Below, one piece after another: positions 8,161-17,389 of a stretch of 64,000 bases of DNA; the first letter of the stretch is position 1, and the number at the start of each line of letters is the position of its first letter. A program made the position numbers and the translations under genes. The DNA is taken from the NCBI GenBank assembly GCA_964500675.1, contig CAZCNY010000005.1, positions 73,612 to 137,611 on the forward strand. The letters are read 5' to 3'. The stretch comes from an uncultured Verrucomicrobiaceae bacterium (lineage in GTDB: Bacteria > Pseudomonadota > Gammaproteobacteria > Pseudomonadales > CAMLJR01). Below the pieces are notes generated by a model that was not told the DNA's origin, did not search any database, and saw nothing but the letters and a program-made list of their open reading frames with translations.

Positions 8161-10110
8161 ATGATTAAATCTAATCGAATATCGATTCGCGCGCGGCGCA
8201 CGCTGCTCGCAACATCGCTAAGTATTTTTTCTTGTTTTGGTGTCGCGATATCTGCCGCGGCAGACGAACCGTCGCTACATGATTTACTGAAATTGCTGCC
8301 ACCGAAACCCGAGCCGGTCAAGGTCGAGGAGTTGCCGGTTCCGCCGACATCTCCTTCGACTGCGATTGGCGCATGCACCACGGTTGTGAATCCTCATGGC
8401 ACCGGTTGCATCACCAATATTCAGCAATCGGGTAGCTTCTTACCGGACGGTCATCACGTTGTGGCGCTAGTGAATTATGCCGGCGCACCTGCCGCACCCG
8501 ATCCCACAAGTATTTATAGCGGCGTCCAGCTCATCATCGTCAAAACCGACGGCACCACCTTCGCGAACGGCGACGCATGGAAATGCGTGACCTGCGGTAT
8601 GCCAGCAGAAAATGCACAAGGCATCAGCACGGCACGTGATTATCCGCAGACATTTTTTGACGGCAAGCGTTTAATGGCGGGTACTAACATTTTCGATTGT
8701 TCGCCGTATAAATTGACGGACGATAATTGCACAGGGTCGCAAATGCACGCCTATCCCATTCGCTGGAACGTCACCGCCGATGGCTCGGGCGCTGGTGGAA
8801 GCATTCGCGAATTACGTATCCACCCCGACAATGTGCATCTCGGCTTTAATAGCACCGTCGTTAACAACGGTAAATTCGATCAGTTCGCTTATCTCGGCCG
8901 CTTGGTTTTTAATCCTGCTCCGGCGACCGGAACTCCGTCGGTTCCTCGTTATGATTTAACCAACGTAACGCGCATGTTCCAGGAGGGGCTGGATAAACGC
9001 GTGGTCACTGTGAATCCTTCAAAACCCAATGAATTGCTCATTAATAAGCAGGCGATCGAAGTTGGCGAATTTCGCGGTTGGACCAAAAACGGTCGCGAAG
9101 CAATGTACGTCGGCTATCCGTTTGAATCATCCAATATCGATGTATTCGCCGCCGATTTGCAAACCGGTAAAGTTCGGCGGCTAACACGCAACCCAGGTTA
9201 TGTCGATCCGGTGGACTCTTCACCCGACGACAATTGGATTGTCGCCATGGATACGCGCGCCACCGATCGCCAAAGTTTCGTGGCGGCGATGCGCGCGATT
9301 CCACCGATCACCGATGTGATTACGACGAGCGCGGTTTCTTCGGTACGCAACAACGGTCAACGTCGATTCTTCCAACCCTATTTAATCGATCGCTACGGCG
9401 ATCGCGGCAATTACAACGGCCAGCAATTAAATGCGGGCGATGGCGCGCCGGGCAGTATCAGCGATCCGAACTGGAATGGCATGGCCGATCCGCGCTGGTC
9501 GCCGGACGGTACCGCAGTGGTGTATTGGCAAGCGCTGGTGACGAGTCCCGCATGCGGTGGTATCAATCCATTGCCGTGTCCGGTTTCCACGGAACCTGGC
9601 GGCAGAACATCACGCATGATGATTGCGCGTTTGACGAACCGGAAACCGCTGCCGATTCCCACGCAACCGATAGCGCCGATTTCGGACACAATTGCTTGGG
9701 GCACTCCGTACGTACCTGGCAGCGCCGCGCCAGTACGCGCATTAATTCCGGCAGGCGCCTACACACTGCGCGGATTAATCTGGGGAACAGCGCAAGTTGT
9801 GGTAACGCACACGGCGGATGATCTCAATATCGATACCATTTCCGTGACGTATAACAATTATTCGGATGATCTTGTGCATTTTCTTAATGGTACTGAAAGT
9901 GTGCATGGCTCGCGTCCGAACCCGCTGACCACCGTGGTTGATTGGTATTCGAATCTTTTCCAAAACGGCATAGATACAGGCACCAAACTGACGAGTCAGG
10001 ATGGGTTTCATCTCAGCATCAATATCCTGACCAATCTGTTCAATGCAACCGGCACGTTGACGACAACAATAAATGGACACGCGTACATACAACCCGCCAA
10101 TGGGACTTAA
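8161..10110 (+). CDS. Secreted Cys-rich PD40/TolB-like beta-propeller protein of unknown function (paralog B)
   Basis: 649 aa with a GGAG RBS. Sec-type signal (..FGVAISAAA|DEP). Collinear with paralog A over ~590 aa, with most positions identical by eye. It has its own terminator. Confidence 0.85.
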   Translation: MIKSNRISIRARRTLLATSLSIFSCFGVAISAAADEPSLHDLLKLLPPKPEPVKVEELPVPPTSPSTAIGACTTVVNPHGTGCITNIQQSGSFLPDGHHVVALVNYAGAPAAPDPTSIYSGVQLIIVKTDGTTFANGDAWKCVTCGMPAENAQGISTARDYPQTFFDGKRLMAGTNIFDCSPYKLTDDNCTGSQMHAYPIRWNVTADGSGAGGSIRELRIHPDNVHLGFNSTVVNNGKFDQFAYLGRLVFNPAPATGTPSVPRYDLTNVTRMFQEGLDKRVVTVNPSKPNELLINKQAIEVGEFRGWTKNGREAMYVGYPFESSNIDVFAADLQTGKVRRLTRNPGYVDPVDSSPDDNWIVAMDTRATDRQSFVAAMRAIPPITDVITTSAVSSVRNNGQRRFFQPYLIDRYGDRGNYNGQQLNAGDGAPGSISDPNWNGMADPRWSPDGTAVVYWQALVTSPACGGINPLPCPVSTEPGGRTSRMMIARLTNRKPLPIPTQPIAPISDTIAWGTPYVPGSAAPVRALIPAGAYTLRGLIWGTAQVVVTHTADDLNIDTISVTYNNYSDDLVHFLNGTESVHGSRPNPLTTVVDWYSNLFQNGIDTGTKLTSQDGFHLSINILTNLFNATGTLTTTINGHAYIQPANGT

Positions 10111-10131
10111 TGATTAGAAAACTTCTGCTGA

Positions 10132-10158
10132 GCCCCTTTTCTAAAGGGGCTTTTTTTT
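10132..10158 (+). terminator. Rho-independent terminator after paralog B
   Basis: GCCCCTTT-tcta-AAGGGGC stem-loop followed by TTTTTTTT. Confidence 0.85.
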
Positions 10159-10251
10159 AGGTAGCATTAATTTTCCGACTGGCAGCAAAGATATTTACTA
10201 GAAATAGCGCCCGATTAATTAAGATAATCACAATAATAGGGAAGGCCGTGA

Positions 10252-12516
10252 ATGCAAAAGATTAAAATTTCCCGAGCATCGCTTGCGTCCATCTCACTGT
10301 TAACGATCGCCGCCACTCTCGGCAAAAATGCGGATGCTGCGGATAAATTGGACACTGTCATTGTCACCGCAAATAAAATCGAACAAGACGCGCAACAGAC
10401 CGCCATTTCAATGCAGTCGCTTTCGGGTGAAAAATTATCGAATATGGGTATCGGCAATGTTGCGGAGATCGCTCAATTTATTCCCGGATTGCAAATGGAC
10501 CAAGCGGGCGGCGGCTTGACCGCGACAGTTCGCATTCGCGGCATTGGCGCACCCGGTTATTCAGCGCTCGATCCTTCGGTGCCGATATTTATCGATGGTG
10601 TCGCGCAAGCACGCACAGGCGCTGGCTTTCGCGACCTTTTCGATATTGCGCATATCGAAGTGTTACGCGGACCGCAGAGCATACTCTATGGTCGCAACTC
10701 GACGGCAGGGGCAATTAATATTTGGACGAAGGATGCCAACGCCTATCGATGGAGTGGTTATTTACAGGCCCAAGCAGGCAATTACAATGACAGGGAGCTG
10801 AAAAGCACGGTTAATATTCCGCTGGTTGAAAGTTTGTTGGCAGCACGGCTCAGTTTTTTTTCGGTTTACCAGGATGGTTACATGAAAAATGTTTTACACG
10901 GCGATAATACAGAAAATGGTCATACCAGCCGCTTTGGAGGTCGCGCCAAAATCGCGTTAATCCCTGCAGAAAATCTGTCTATGCAATGGACGACAAGCTA
11001 TTCAAAAAACACCGAACATCCGGGGCATGCATGGGCCGTTGTACCTGCATTCTATTCCGATTACGCAAATAGTGCGGGCGGCATCGTTTCGCAACAAGGA
11101 AGCCATCAACTTCCTCACGACGATCGTTACAATGGCGATGTTTATCACAATGTATATCAGTCGGCTTACGATACTAATTTTTCCACGTCGATAACAGCGA
11201 ACTGGGATATCGACGGCGGTGTATTTTCCAAAAAAACACTGACGTCGATTACCGCCTACAACATTAATAAGTCCGATCAGTTGCTCGATCAGGATGCAAG
11301 CATTCTTGATTACGGTACATCGGCTGGTAAAGCCGACACCGATTCATGGTCGCAGGAGTTTCGCATAGCAAACAGCGATAGCGACGATCTCGAATACATG
11401 ATCGGGTTTTACTACTACGCAGAACGCGTAACCAGCACGCAAAATACCAATTCATTGCACAGTGACGCGATCGCTGCTTTTGACGCTTTGGGATTTAACG
11501 CCATCGGAAGCTACCCAACATCGGCTGATACAAAAAATGAATTCGGTGCCAATGACGAAGCCATTTTTAGCCACGTGACATATTCATTTTCGCCACAATT
11601 CAGTTTGACCGCAGGCCTGCGCGAATCTTGGGCGCAAAAGCGAGGCAACTCTACTCTTAACTCCGATATCTACGTCGGAAATTTGAATTTTTTACATATC
11701 GATAAAAACATTGTCGACCATGAGAATATTACCGATTCCGACACGTCGGGAACACTGCAAGCCCGTTATTTTTTGAACCCTGACGACATGATTTACATCG
11801 CTTACGATCGCGGCTTTAAGCCGGGAGGATTCAATCGCCTCATCACCAGCGCAAGCTTACCGACCACCTACAATAAAGAAATTTCGAATAATTATGAGAC
11901 CGGCGCAAAAACACAGTGGTTAAAAAATCGCTTACAAGCCGATATTGCTTTTTTCCATATGGATTTTAGAGATTTTCATCATCAGACGCTGACATCAAAC
12001 GGTGATGTCATTGTCGAGAATATTGGCAAAGCCACCTCTGATGGCGTCGAATTGGAGCTGCAAGCGCTTCCCGCATCCAACTTGAATTTGGCAACGAGTG
12101 TGGCGTACGTAAATCCGAGGGTACGCAGCGATACATCCGCTAGCTCTAATTTGCACAAAGGTGAGCTCATCCCGGATAGCAGCCAATACAGCGCCAACGT
12201 CAGCGCGGAATATAATCGCGCAATACCCACCGGGCATTCAAATGGCTTTCTGCGAATCGATTGGCTCTATCGAAGCCGATATGTTTTGGGCGACCCCCGC
12301 GACGGTTATTATCAGAACGGATATTCACTGATGGATATCCGCTGCGGCTTGCGTGATATGGGTGAGCACTGGGAGATAACAAGCTGGATTAAAAATGTTT
12401 TCGACAAGGAATATGCGGTTACCGGCAACTCCACCTCAGGGGCGCAAGGGACTGCCTTGTCGATTTATCCTGGGTCACCGCGCACCTTCGGCATTACAGC
12501 ACAATATAATTTCTGA
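10252..12516 (+). CDS. TonB-dependent outer-membrane receptor
   Basis: 754 aa. Signal peptide ending ..GKNADA. Plug-domain start DKLDTVIVTANK and IEVLRGPQSILYGRNSTAGAINI. The long beta-barrel ends in the aromatic terminal motif TAQYNF. Confidence 0.93.
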   Translation: MQKIKISRASLASISLLTIAATLGKNADAADKLDTVIVTANKIEQDAQQTAISMQSLSGEKLSNMGIGNVAEIAQFIPGLQMDQAGGGLTATVRIRGIGAPGYSALDPSVPIFIDGVAQARTGAGFRDLFDIAHIEVLRGPQSILYGRNSTAGAINIWTKDANAYRWSGYLQAQAGNYNDRELKSTVNIPLVESLLAARLSFFSVYQDGYMKNVLHGDNTENGHTSRFGGRAKIALIPAENLSMQWTTSYSKNTEHPGHAWAVVPAFYSDYANSAGGIVSQQGSHQLPHDDRYNGDVYHNVYQSAYDTNFSTSITANWDIDGGVFSKKTLTSITAYNINKSDQLLDQDASILDYGTSAGKADTDSWSQEFRIANSDSDDLEYMIGFYYYAERVTSTQNTNSLHSDAIAAFDALGFNAIGSYPTSADTKNEFGANDEAIFSHVTYSFSPQFSLTAGLRESWAQKRGNSTLNSDIYVGNLNFLHIDKNIVDHENITDSDTSGTLQARYFLNPDDMIYIAYDRGFKPGGFNRLITSASLPTTYNKEISNNYETGAKTQWLKNRLQADIAFFHMDFRDFHHQTLTSNGDVIVENIGKATSDGVELELQALPASNLNLATSVAYVNPRVRSDTSASSNLHKGELIPDSSQYSANVSAEYNRAIPTGHSNGFLRIDWLYRSRYVLGDPRDGYYQNGYSLMDIRCGLRDMGEHWEITSWIKNVFDKEYAVTGNSTSGAQGTALSIYPGSPRTFGITAQYNF

Positions 12517-12570
12517 TACACATCTTCATTTGTCGGCGATACGACTAAAAAGTACTTGACGCTAACGTGA

Positions 12571-12599
12571 CTATCGCAACTATCGCGACTATCGCGACT
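12571..12599. repeat. 9-bp tandem repeat (CTATCGCRA x3) in a convergent intergenic region
   Basis: ctatcgcaa ctatcgcga ctatcgcga ct, read directly from the sequence. Confidence 0.7.
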
Positions 12600-12790
12600 T
12601 AATCAGAGATTCAAAAAATCGCCTAGTCGGCTATTTTTTAAAAATGCCGTAGCTGATTATTTTCTGGTTCTGTTGAATCGATTCGCGTTCTATTGGTAAT
12701 TGGCCGCTATGGCCGGTGAAAGACCGATTACAAATTCGAGCCAGACAAAAACACACGGCTGCTTTTCACTCACCCATTACAGATGGCCTT

Positions 12791-13909
12791 TTAAAATGAA
12801 CGCTCAAACCATGTCGCCAGCGGCGCTGTTGCGCGTTGAATGATCCAGCCGATACCGATGAACACGGCGAGATATGCAAAGGTTGCCGCGGCGGCGGGCA
12901 GCGCGGCATAAATAACGTCGTAGCGCGACACCAGCGGCCAGTGCAGCAGGTAAATTTCGTAGGAATAGATTCCGATCAACGTGAACGCGCGCAATTCGAC
13001 GCGCTTGAGCGCGAACAACAGCACGAGTGACAGCGTGGTCACCATGCTCATGATTTGCTCTTTTGTCGTGCTTTCGCCGATGCCAGAATCGTAAGCGCTG
13101 TAAACCACAAGCGCGAGCAACAGCGCGAGCACGCAATAATATTGTACGCCGTTCAAGCGCGCGCGATATTCCCGCAGTTTTGGCGCCAATGCGCTGCTCT
13201 GTTCGCGATTCTCGAACAGCAGCGACGCGGCGACCATACCGAGCGGGAACGCCGCCGTGTGCACCTGGTACAAACGCGTCACCAACTCGATAACGCGCGG
13301 ATTCCACCACACCAAACCCTGCCCGAGCGCGAACAAGATCAGCGCCGACAGCCACACGCGCCGCCGCATGAAAACCAACGGCAGCAAGACGTAATAAAAC
13401 AATATCCAGGTGATATACCAGAGCACGGAATTGACGTCGCTCGGCATATCCGCCTTCGGGAAAAAACCCAGCAACGAGCGCACAATATACGCAACCGGGT
13501 AATAGCGATGCAGCACGAACGCGTCGAGCGCAAAAAAACCGATCAACACCGGCCACAATGGGATGAAAATTTTGAGCGCGCGCCTGCGATAAAAAAGTAA
13601 CGGCGCGAGCGGCTTTTTCATCATGCCGAGCGTGAGGCCGTAACCCGATAAGAACAGAAAAATATTGACGCCGACACCCGCACCCACCGAGAGCGGAAAT
13701 AGAAAGCGCGTGTCGTCGACAAGAAAGTAACCGATGTGGCCGAACACGACGGCGAGAATGGCGACGCCTTTGAGTTCCTGCGTCGCCGCGAGCGGCAACA
13801 AATCGCCGTACTCGATGCGCTTTGCAAACAACACCAGCGCAGCGGTGATGAAGGCGATGATAATCCACGTCTGCACGACGGCATTGGCGATGATGATGGT
13901 GCCTTGCAT
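12791..13909 (-). CDS. Acyltransferase family 3 (OafA/YrhL-like) integral membrane protein
   Basis: 372 aa and highly hydrophobic, with about 10 predicted TM segments. Conserved early His (VVFGHIGYF) and overall layout are typical of acyltransferase_3. The alternative 386-aa frame (12804-13964) is an Arg-rich shadow ORF. Confidence 0.8.
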   Translation of the reverse strand: MQGTIIIANAVVQTWIIIAFITAALVLFAKRIEYGDLLPLAATQELKGVAILAVVFGHIGYFLVDDTRFLFPLSVGAGVGVNIFLFLSGYGLTLGMMKKPLAPLLFYRRRALKIFIPLWPVLIGFFALDAFVLHRYYPVAYIVRSLLGFFPKADMPSDVNSVLWYITWILFYYVLLPLVFMRRRVWLSALILFALGQGLVWWNPRVIELVTRLYQVHTAAFPLGMVAASLLFENREQSSALAPKLREYRARLNGVQYYCVLALLLALVVYSAYDSGIGESTTKEQIMSMVTTLSLVLLFALKRVELRAFTLIGIYSYEIYLLHWPLVSRYDVIYAALPAAAATFAYLAVFIGIGWIIQRATAPLATWFERSF

Positions 13910-14005
13910 AGCGTCTCGCTTTTATTGTTCGGATAACGATAAATGCCGAACAGTATAGAAGCACCTCACCGCCGATGCATCGATGAGACGCGAATCAACG
14001 GTGAT

Positions 14006-16186
14006 TCAAAACGATTTGCTGACGCCGAAATACACTTCGCGGCGCAGCCCGAATTGCGGCGCGCCGACGCCGATACCCGAGCCATCGCGCAATTCGTAGC
14101 TGCGATCGAACAGATTCAACACCGCGACACGGCCATCGAGCGTGCCGTATTTGCCGAGATCGAAGCTGCGCTGCGCACTCAAATTAACCTGTGTGTAAGC
14201 AGGTAAATGGCCGGTATTGGCAAAGCCGTTGCGCAGTCCGCTGCCGTAGAGCAGATCGGTGCCGAATGTGGTCTCCTGCCAGCAATAACTGATGCCGGCC
14301 GAGCCCGACAGCGCCTGATCGTGATCGAGATGCACCCAATGCTGATTGATGTAATTCAATTCTTGCGCATCGAAATTGAATTGGCCCGTGACGATGTCGG
14401 TGGCCAGCGCCTGCGACCAGGCGAGATTGGCATACGCACTCACCGCGTCGTCGCGATACGAGCTCGATAGCTCGACGCCGCGAACTTGTCCGCGCTTGTA
14501 ATTGAACGCAGAATAAATCAGCGCGCTGCCAAACTGACCCTCGTCCTGCAAATTTTCCACTTTGCGATAATATGCATCGAGACCCACTGTTGTCGTCTCA
14601 CCCAGCTGCTGCGAAACGCCGACATCGAAATAATGCGAGCGCTCGGATTTGACCGCCGTGTTCGCATCGGATGGCAGCGCGTTAGTGGTGCCCTGAAACT
14701 TTTGAATCGACGTGGTATCGATGGTTTCGGTCGGCGGCGGCGTGAAATAGCGCGAATAGCCGGCGTGCAGATGCGTCTGCGGCGTCAGATCGTACACCAC
14801 TCCGATGCGCGGACTGAGCTGCTGCTCATCGACCACCGTCGTGGTTTTATCGTAGCGCGCGCCGTAATTCAGCGTCAGCGCTTTCGTCAATTGCCATTCG
14901 TCCTGAAGATAGACGCCGGTCAGTGCGCCGTTCAATGCCGCTTTATCGTAAATCGGCAACGGCGTGCCGTTGAGCTGATTGCCGCCGGCATCGGCCGCGA
15001 ACACAACGGCGTTATTCATCGCGCTGAAACGTTCGCCGCTGTAATACACGCCCGCGCGCAGCGTGTGATCGTTGCCGAGTTTGTAACTCGCATCGCCTTG
15101 CAGTCCCGCGCTCTCATTCTCGCGCAGAATATTCGCGGCGATGCCGTTGTATTGCAGATCGCCGATGGCGTCGGGGGTATAGCCAACGTTGGTATAGCGA
15201 TGAAACACGGCGAGCTGATACGTTGCACGATCGCCTACATTGCGTTGATACGAAATAATCTGAAAACTATTTTTTTCGTTTTGGTTGGCATCGAGCGCAA
15301 GCGAGTCCAACGGCGCCGTTCCATCGACATAAAAATTCGGCGTCTGTCCCGCAACATTCGGAATTTGAAAATGACTGTTCGAGATACCGAATAGAAAACT
15401 CAGACGGCTGTCGGGATCGACGATGTACGAGAGATAACCGAAGCCCTTACCCTGTTTCGTTTCATCGTGATGCGCATCGCGCGCCGCGGTGGGATTTTCG
15501 ATACCCATGTTATCGCTCAGATAAGAGCCCGTCGCGAAATACGTGAATGCGTTGTGCGAACCGCCCGCTTCGAGATTGGTCTCCTGATGATTGTGACTGC
15601 CGCCGAGATAACCGATGCTGCCACCGTTTTCGAGACCGCCGCTCTTGGTATGAATATCGACGACGCCTGCGGTGCGATAGCCGTACTGTGCGGGCAACGC
15701 GCCCGTGAGAAAATTAATCTGATCGGCGAAACGCGTATCGAGCACTTGACCGAATCCCGAAATCGGCTCGGGAATCACCACTTCGTTGATTCGATACTGC
15801 ACGTTGCCGTGATCGCCGCGCACGTGCAATTGGCCGTATGAATCCTGCACCACGCCGGGCGCCTGCAACACGACTTGATTGAGCGGTGTGGTGTCACCGA
15901 GCGGCAGTGTCTGCAACGCATCGCTATCGAAGCGATACACCGAACTGCCGGTCTCGGGCGCAAGACCATTGCGCGTCTCGTCGAGACGCTGGCCGACGAC
16001 ATCGACCGTTTCGATTTTTTGTGCGGTTGAAGCAGTCGCGGGCGCCGCCAACGCGCCACTGCTAAAGCCGGCGGCGAGCACGACATGCGGCCACGCGCTG
16101 CGCGCACGCGCGCTATTTTTAGCCATGGCACCCTGTTTAGACATAACAACGGCGGCGAATAATTTTTTCGCGAAAACGATTTTCAT
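14006..16186 (-). CDS. TonB-dependent outer-membrane receptor
   Basis: Start chosen at ATG 16186 (MKIVFAKK..), preceded by AGGAG. The track ORF extends to 16543, but that extension overlaps the upstream gene and is not receptor-like. Plug motifs (IETVDVVGQRL, GQLHVRGDHGNVQYRIN). C-terminal YFGVSKSF. Later in-frame starts (MSKQG, MAKNS) are also possible. Confidence 0.9.
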   Translation of the reverse strand: MKIVFAKKLFAAVVMSKQGAMAKNSARARSAWPHVVLAAGFSSGALAAPATASTAQKIETVDVVGQRLDETRNGLAPETGSSVYRFDSDALQTLPLGDTTPLNQVVLQAPGVVQDSYGQLHVRGDHGNVQYRINEVVIPEPISGFGQVLDTRFADQINFLTGALPAQYGYRTAGVVDIHTKSGGLENGGSIGYLGGSHNHQETNLEAGGSHNAFTYFATGSYLSDNMGIENPTAARDAHHDETKQGKGFGYLSYIVDPDSRLSFLFGISNSHFQIPNVAGQTPNFYVDGTAPLDSLALDANQNEKNSFQIISYQRNVGDRATYQLAVFHRYTNVGYTPDAIGDLQYNGIAANILRENESAGLQGDASYKLGNDHTLRAGVYYSGERFSAMNNAVVFAADAGGNQLNGTPLPIYDKAALNGALTGVYLQDEWQLTKALTLNYGARYDKTTTVVDEQQLSPRIGVVYDLTPQTHLHAGYSRYFTPPPTETIDTTSIQKFQGTTNALPSDANTAVKSERSHYFDVGVSQQLGETTTVGLDAYYRKVENLQDEGQFGSALIYSAFNYKRGQVRGVELSSSYRDDAVSAYANLAWSQALATDIVTGQFNFDAQELNYINQHWVHLDHDQALSGSAGISYCWQETTFGTDLLYGSGLRNGFANTGHLPAYTQVNLSAQRSFDLGKYGTLDGRVAVLNLFDRSYELRDGSGIGVGAPQFGLRREVYFGVSKSF

Positions 16187-16212
16187 GAGGAATTCTCCTG
16201 AAATAGCGTGAC

Positions 16213-16232
16213 GCGCCGATTTGCATCGGCGC
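16213..16232. other. Perfect 8-bp stem-loop between the small His/Cys protein gene and the receptor gene
   Basis: GCGCCGAT-ttgc-ATCGGCGC. No U-tract in the sense orientation, so it is not called a terminator. Confidence 0.3.
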
Positions 16233-16256
16233 ACTAAAAAATAGGTACGCGGTATT

Positions 16257-16562
16257 TCAGAAGTGAACGGGAGGAGCGCGGCTATCGTAGCAACGGCTGA
16301 AGCCGCCGCGTGTGGCAGGCAGCGTAAAAAGAAAAACAAATTCAGACAGCGCAACGGCAATAAACGGCACCGTGCTGTCGATCGCGGCGGCACCGTTGGC
16401 ACTGGAAAGCAGACATAACGCGCAATCAGCGTGATGCGTATCGCTGTTATCGTGCCAGTGACCGGCAGCAGCGACCTGACCGGCGACGAATAACGCGAGC
16501 ACGAGCAACAGCCAGTAGGGTCGGCGTGCGCGACGCTTGTCAATATCGTGCTGGCTATTCAT
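16257..16562 (-). CDS. Small membrane/secreted His- and Cys-rich protein (DUF2946-like, from memory)
   Basis: 101 aa. N-terminal TM/signal segment (PYWLLLVLALFVAGQVAAA) followed by GHWHDNSDTHHADCALC. Sits immediately upstream of a TonB-dependent receptor on the same strand. The family assignment is unverified. Confidence 0.55.
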   Translation of the reverse strand: MNSQHDIDKRRARRPYWLLLVLALFVAGQVAAAGHWHDNSDTHHADCALCLLSSANGAAAIDSTVPFIAVALSEFVFLFTLPATRGGFSRCYDSRAPPVHF

Positions 16563-16590
16563 TCAATCGAGAACATTTCCGTTGACGGTT

Positions 16591-16623
16591 GTCTCGCTCT
16601 CTCAGTGCGAGACGGAGCGAGGC
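16591..16623 (-). other. Strong stem-loop immediately downstream of the purC stop
   Basis: tCTCGCTC-TCTC-agtgc-GAGA-cg-GAGCGAGg, about 12 bp of stem. No U-run follows, so terminator function is uncertain. Confidence 0.3.
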
Positions 16624-17370
16624 TCAATCGAATTTAACGCCGAGGCGCTGGCCGATCAACTCGTACGACTCGACCACATTACCGAGATCTTGACGAAAGC
16701 GATCCTTATCGAGTTTTTCGCGCGTGGCTTTATCCCACACACGACAGCCATCGGGCGAGAATTCATCGCCGAGCATCAACTCACCGCTGCCTTTTTCCGA
16801 ATTAAAAAGACCGAATTCCAATTTGAAATCGACGAGCAGCATGTCGCCGCTCAGGAATAACGGCTTGAGCACATCGTTGATCTTGAACGTGAGTTCCTTC
16901 ATGCGATCGAGCTGCGCTTCGGTAGCCCAACCGAACGAACGCACGTGATATTCGTTGACGATGGGATCGCCGAGCGGATCGCTTTTCAAAAACAATTCGA
17001 AAGTCGGCGGATTTAATTCGAGACCTTCTTGAACGCCGTAGCGGCGGCAGATCGAGCCCGCCGCGATATTGCGCACCACGCATTCGAGCGGCAGCATCTG
17101 CAAACGTTTCACGAGTGCTTCGTTATCCGACAACATTTTCTCGAAATGACACGGAATGCCGGCAGCCATCAACTTCTGCATGATGAACGCGTTGAATTTA
17201 TTGTTCACCATGCCCTTGCGTTCGAGCTGCGCTTTTTTCTTGCCGTCGAACGCGGAGGTGTCGTTGCGGAACACCATGATGTAGTGATCGGGATCGTCGG
17301 TGGAAAATACCGACTTGGCTTTGCCCGTGTACAACTCTTCTCGCTTCACTAGGTCTTCGCGCTTTTGCAT
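16624..17370 (-). CDS. purC: Phosphoribosylaminoimidazole-succinocarboxamide (SAICAR) synthase
   Basis: 248 aa, near-collinear with E. coli PurC ([52 protein letters not shown]). Confidence 0.97.
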   Translation of the reverse strand: MQKREDLVKREELYTGKAKSVFSTDDPDHYIMVFRNDTSAFDGKKKAQLERKGMVNNKFNAFIMQKLMAAGIPCHFEKMLSDNEALVKRLQMLPLECVVRNIAAGSICRRYGVQEGLELNPPTFELFLKSDPLGDPIVNEYHVRSFGWATEAQLDRMKELTFKINDVLKPLFLSGDMLLVDFKLEFGLFNSEKGSGELMLGDEFSPDGCRVWDKATREKLDKDRFRQDLGNVVESYELIGQRLGVKFD

Positions 17371-17389
17371 GGCGTCACAATCTCGCTCG

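Noticed and set aside
7968-8381. 137-aa minus-strand ORF spanning the paralog A/B intergenic region and the 5' end of paralog B
   Set aside because: It is antisense to a well-supported gene, runs through the paralog B promoter region just downstream of the paralog A terminator, and has no RBS or recognisable motif.
12804-13964. 386-aa minus-strand ORF overlapping the acyltransferase gene in another frame
   Set aside because: It is extremely Arg/Ala/His-rich with no hydrophobic or domain structure, typical of a GC-rich shadow frame. The 372-aa frame gives a coherent polytopic membrane protein.
16187-16543. N-terminal 119-codon extension of the TonB-dependent receptor ORF (track ORF 14006-16543)
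   Set aside because: The extension overlaps the DUF2946-like gene in another frame and has a Cys/Arg-rich nonsense composition. An ATG with an AGGAG RBS at 16186 begins a plausible N-terminus.
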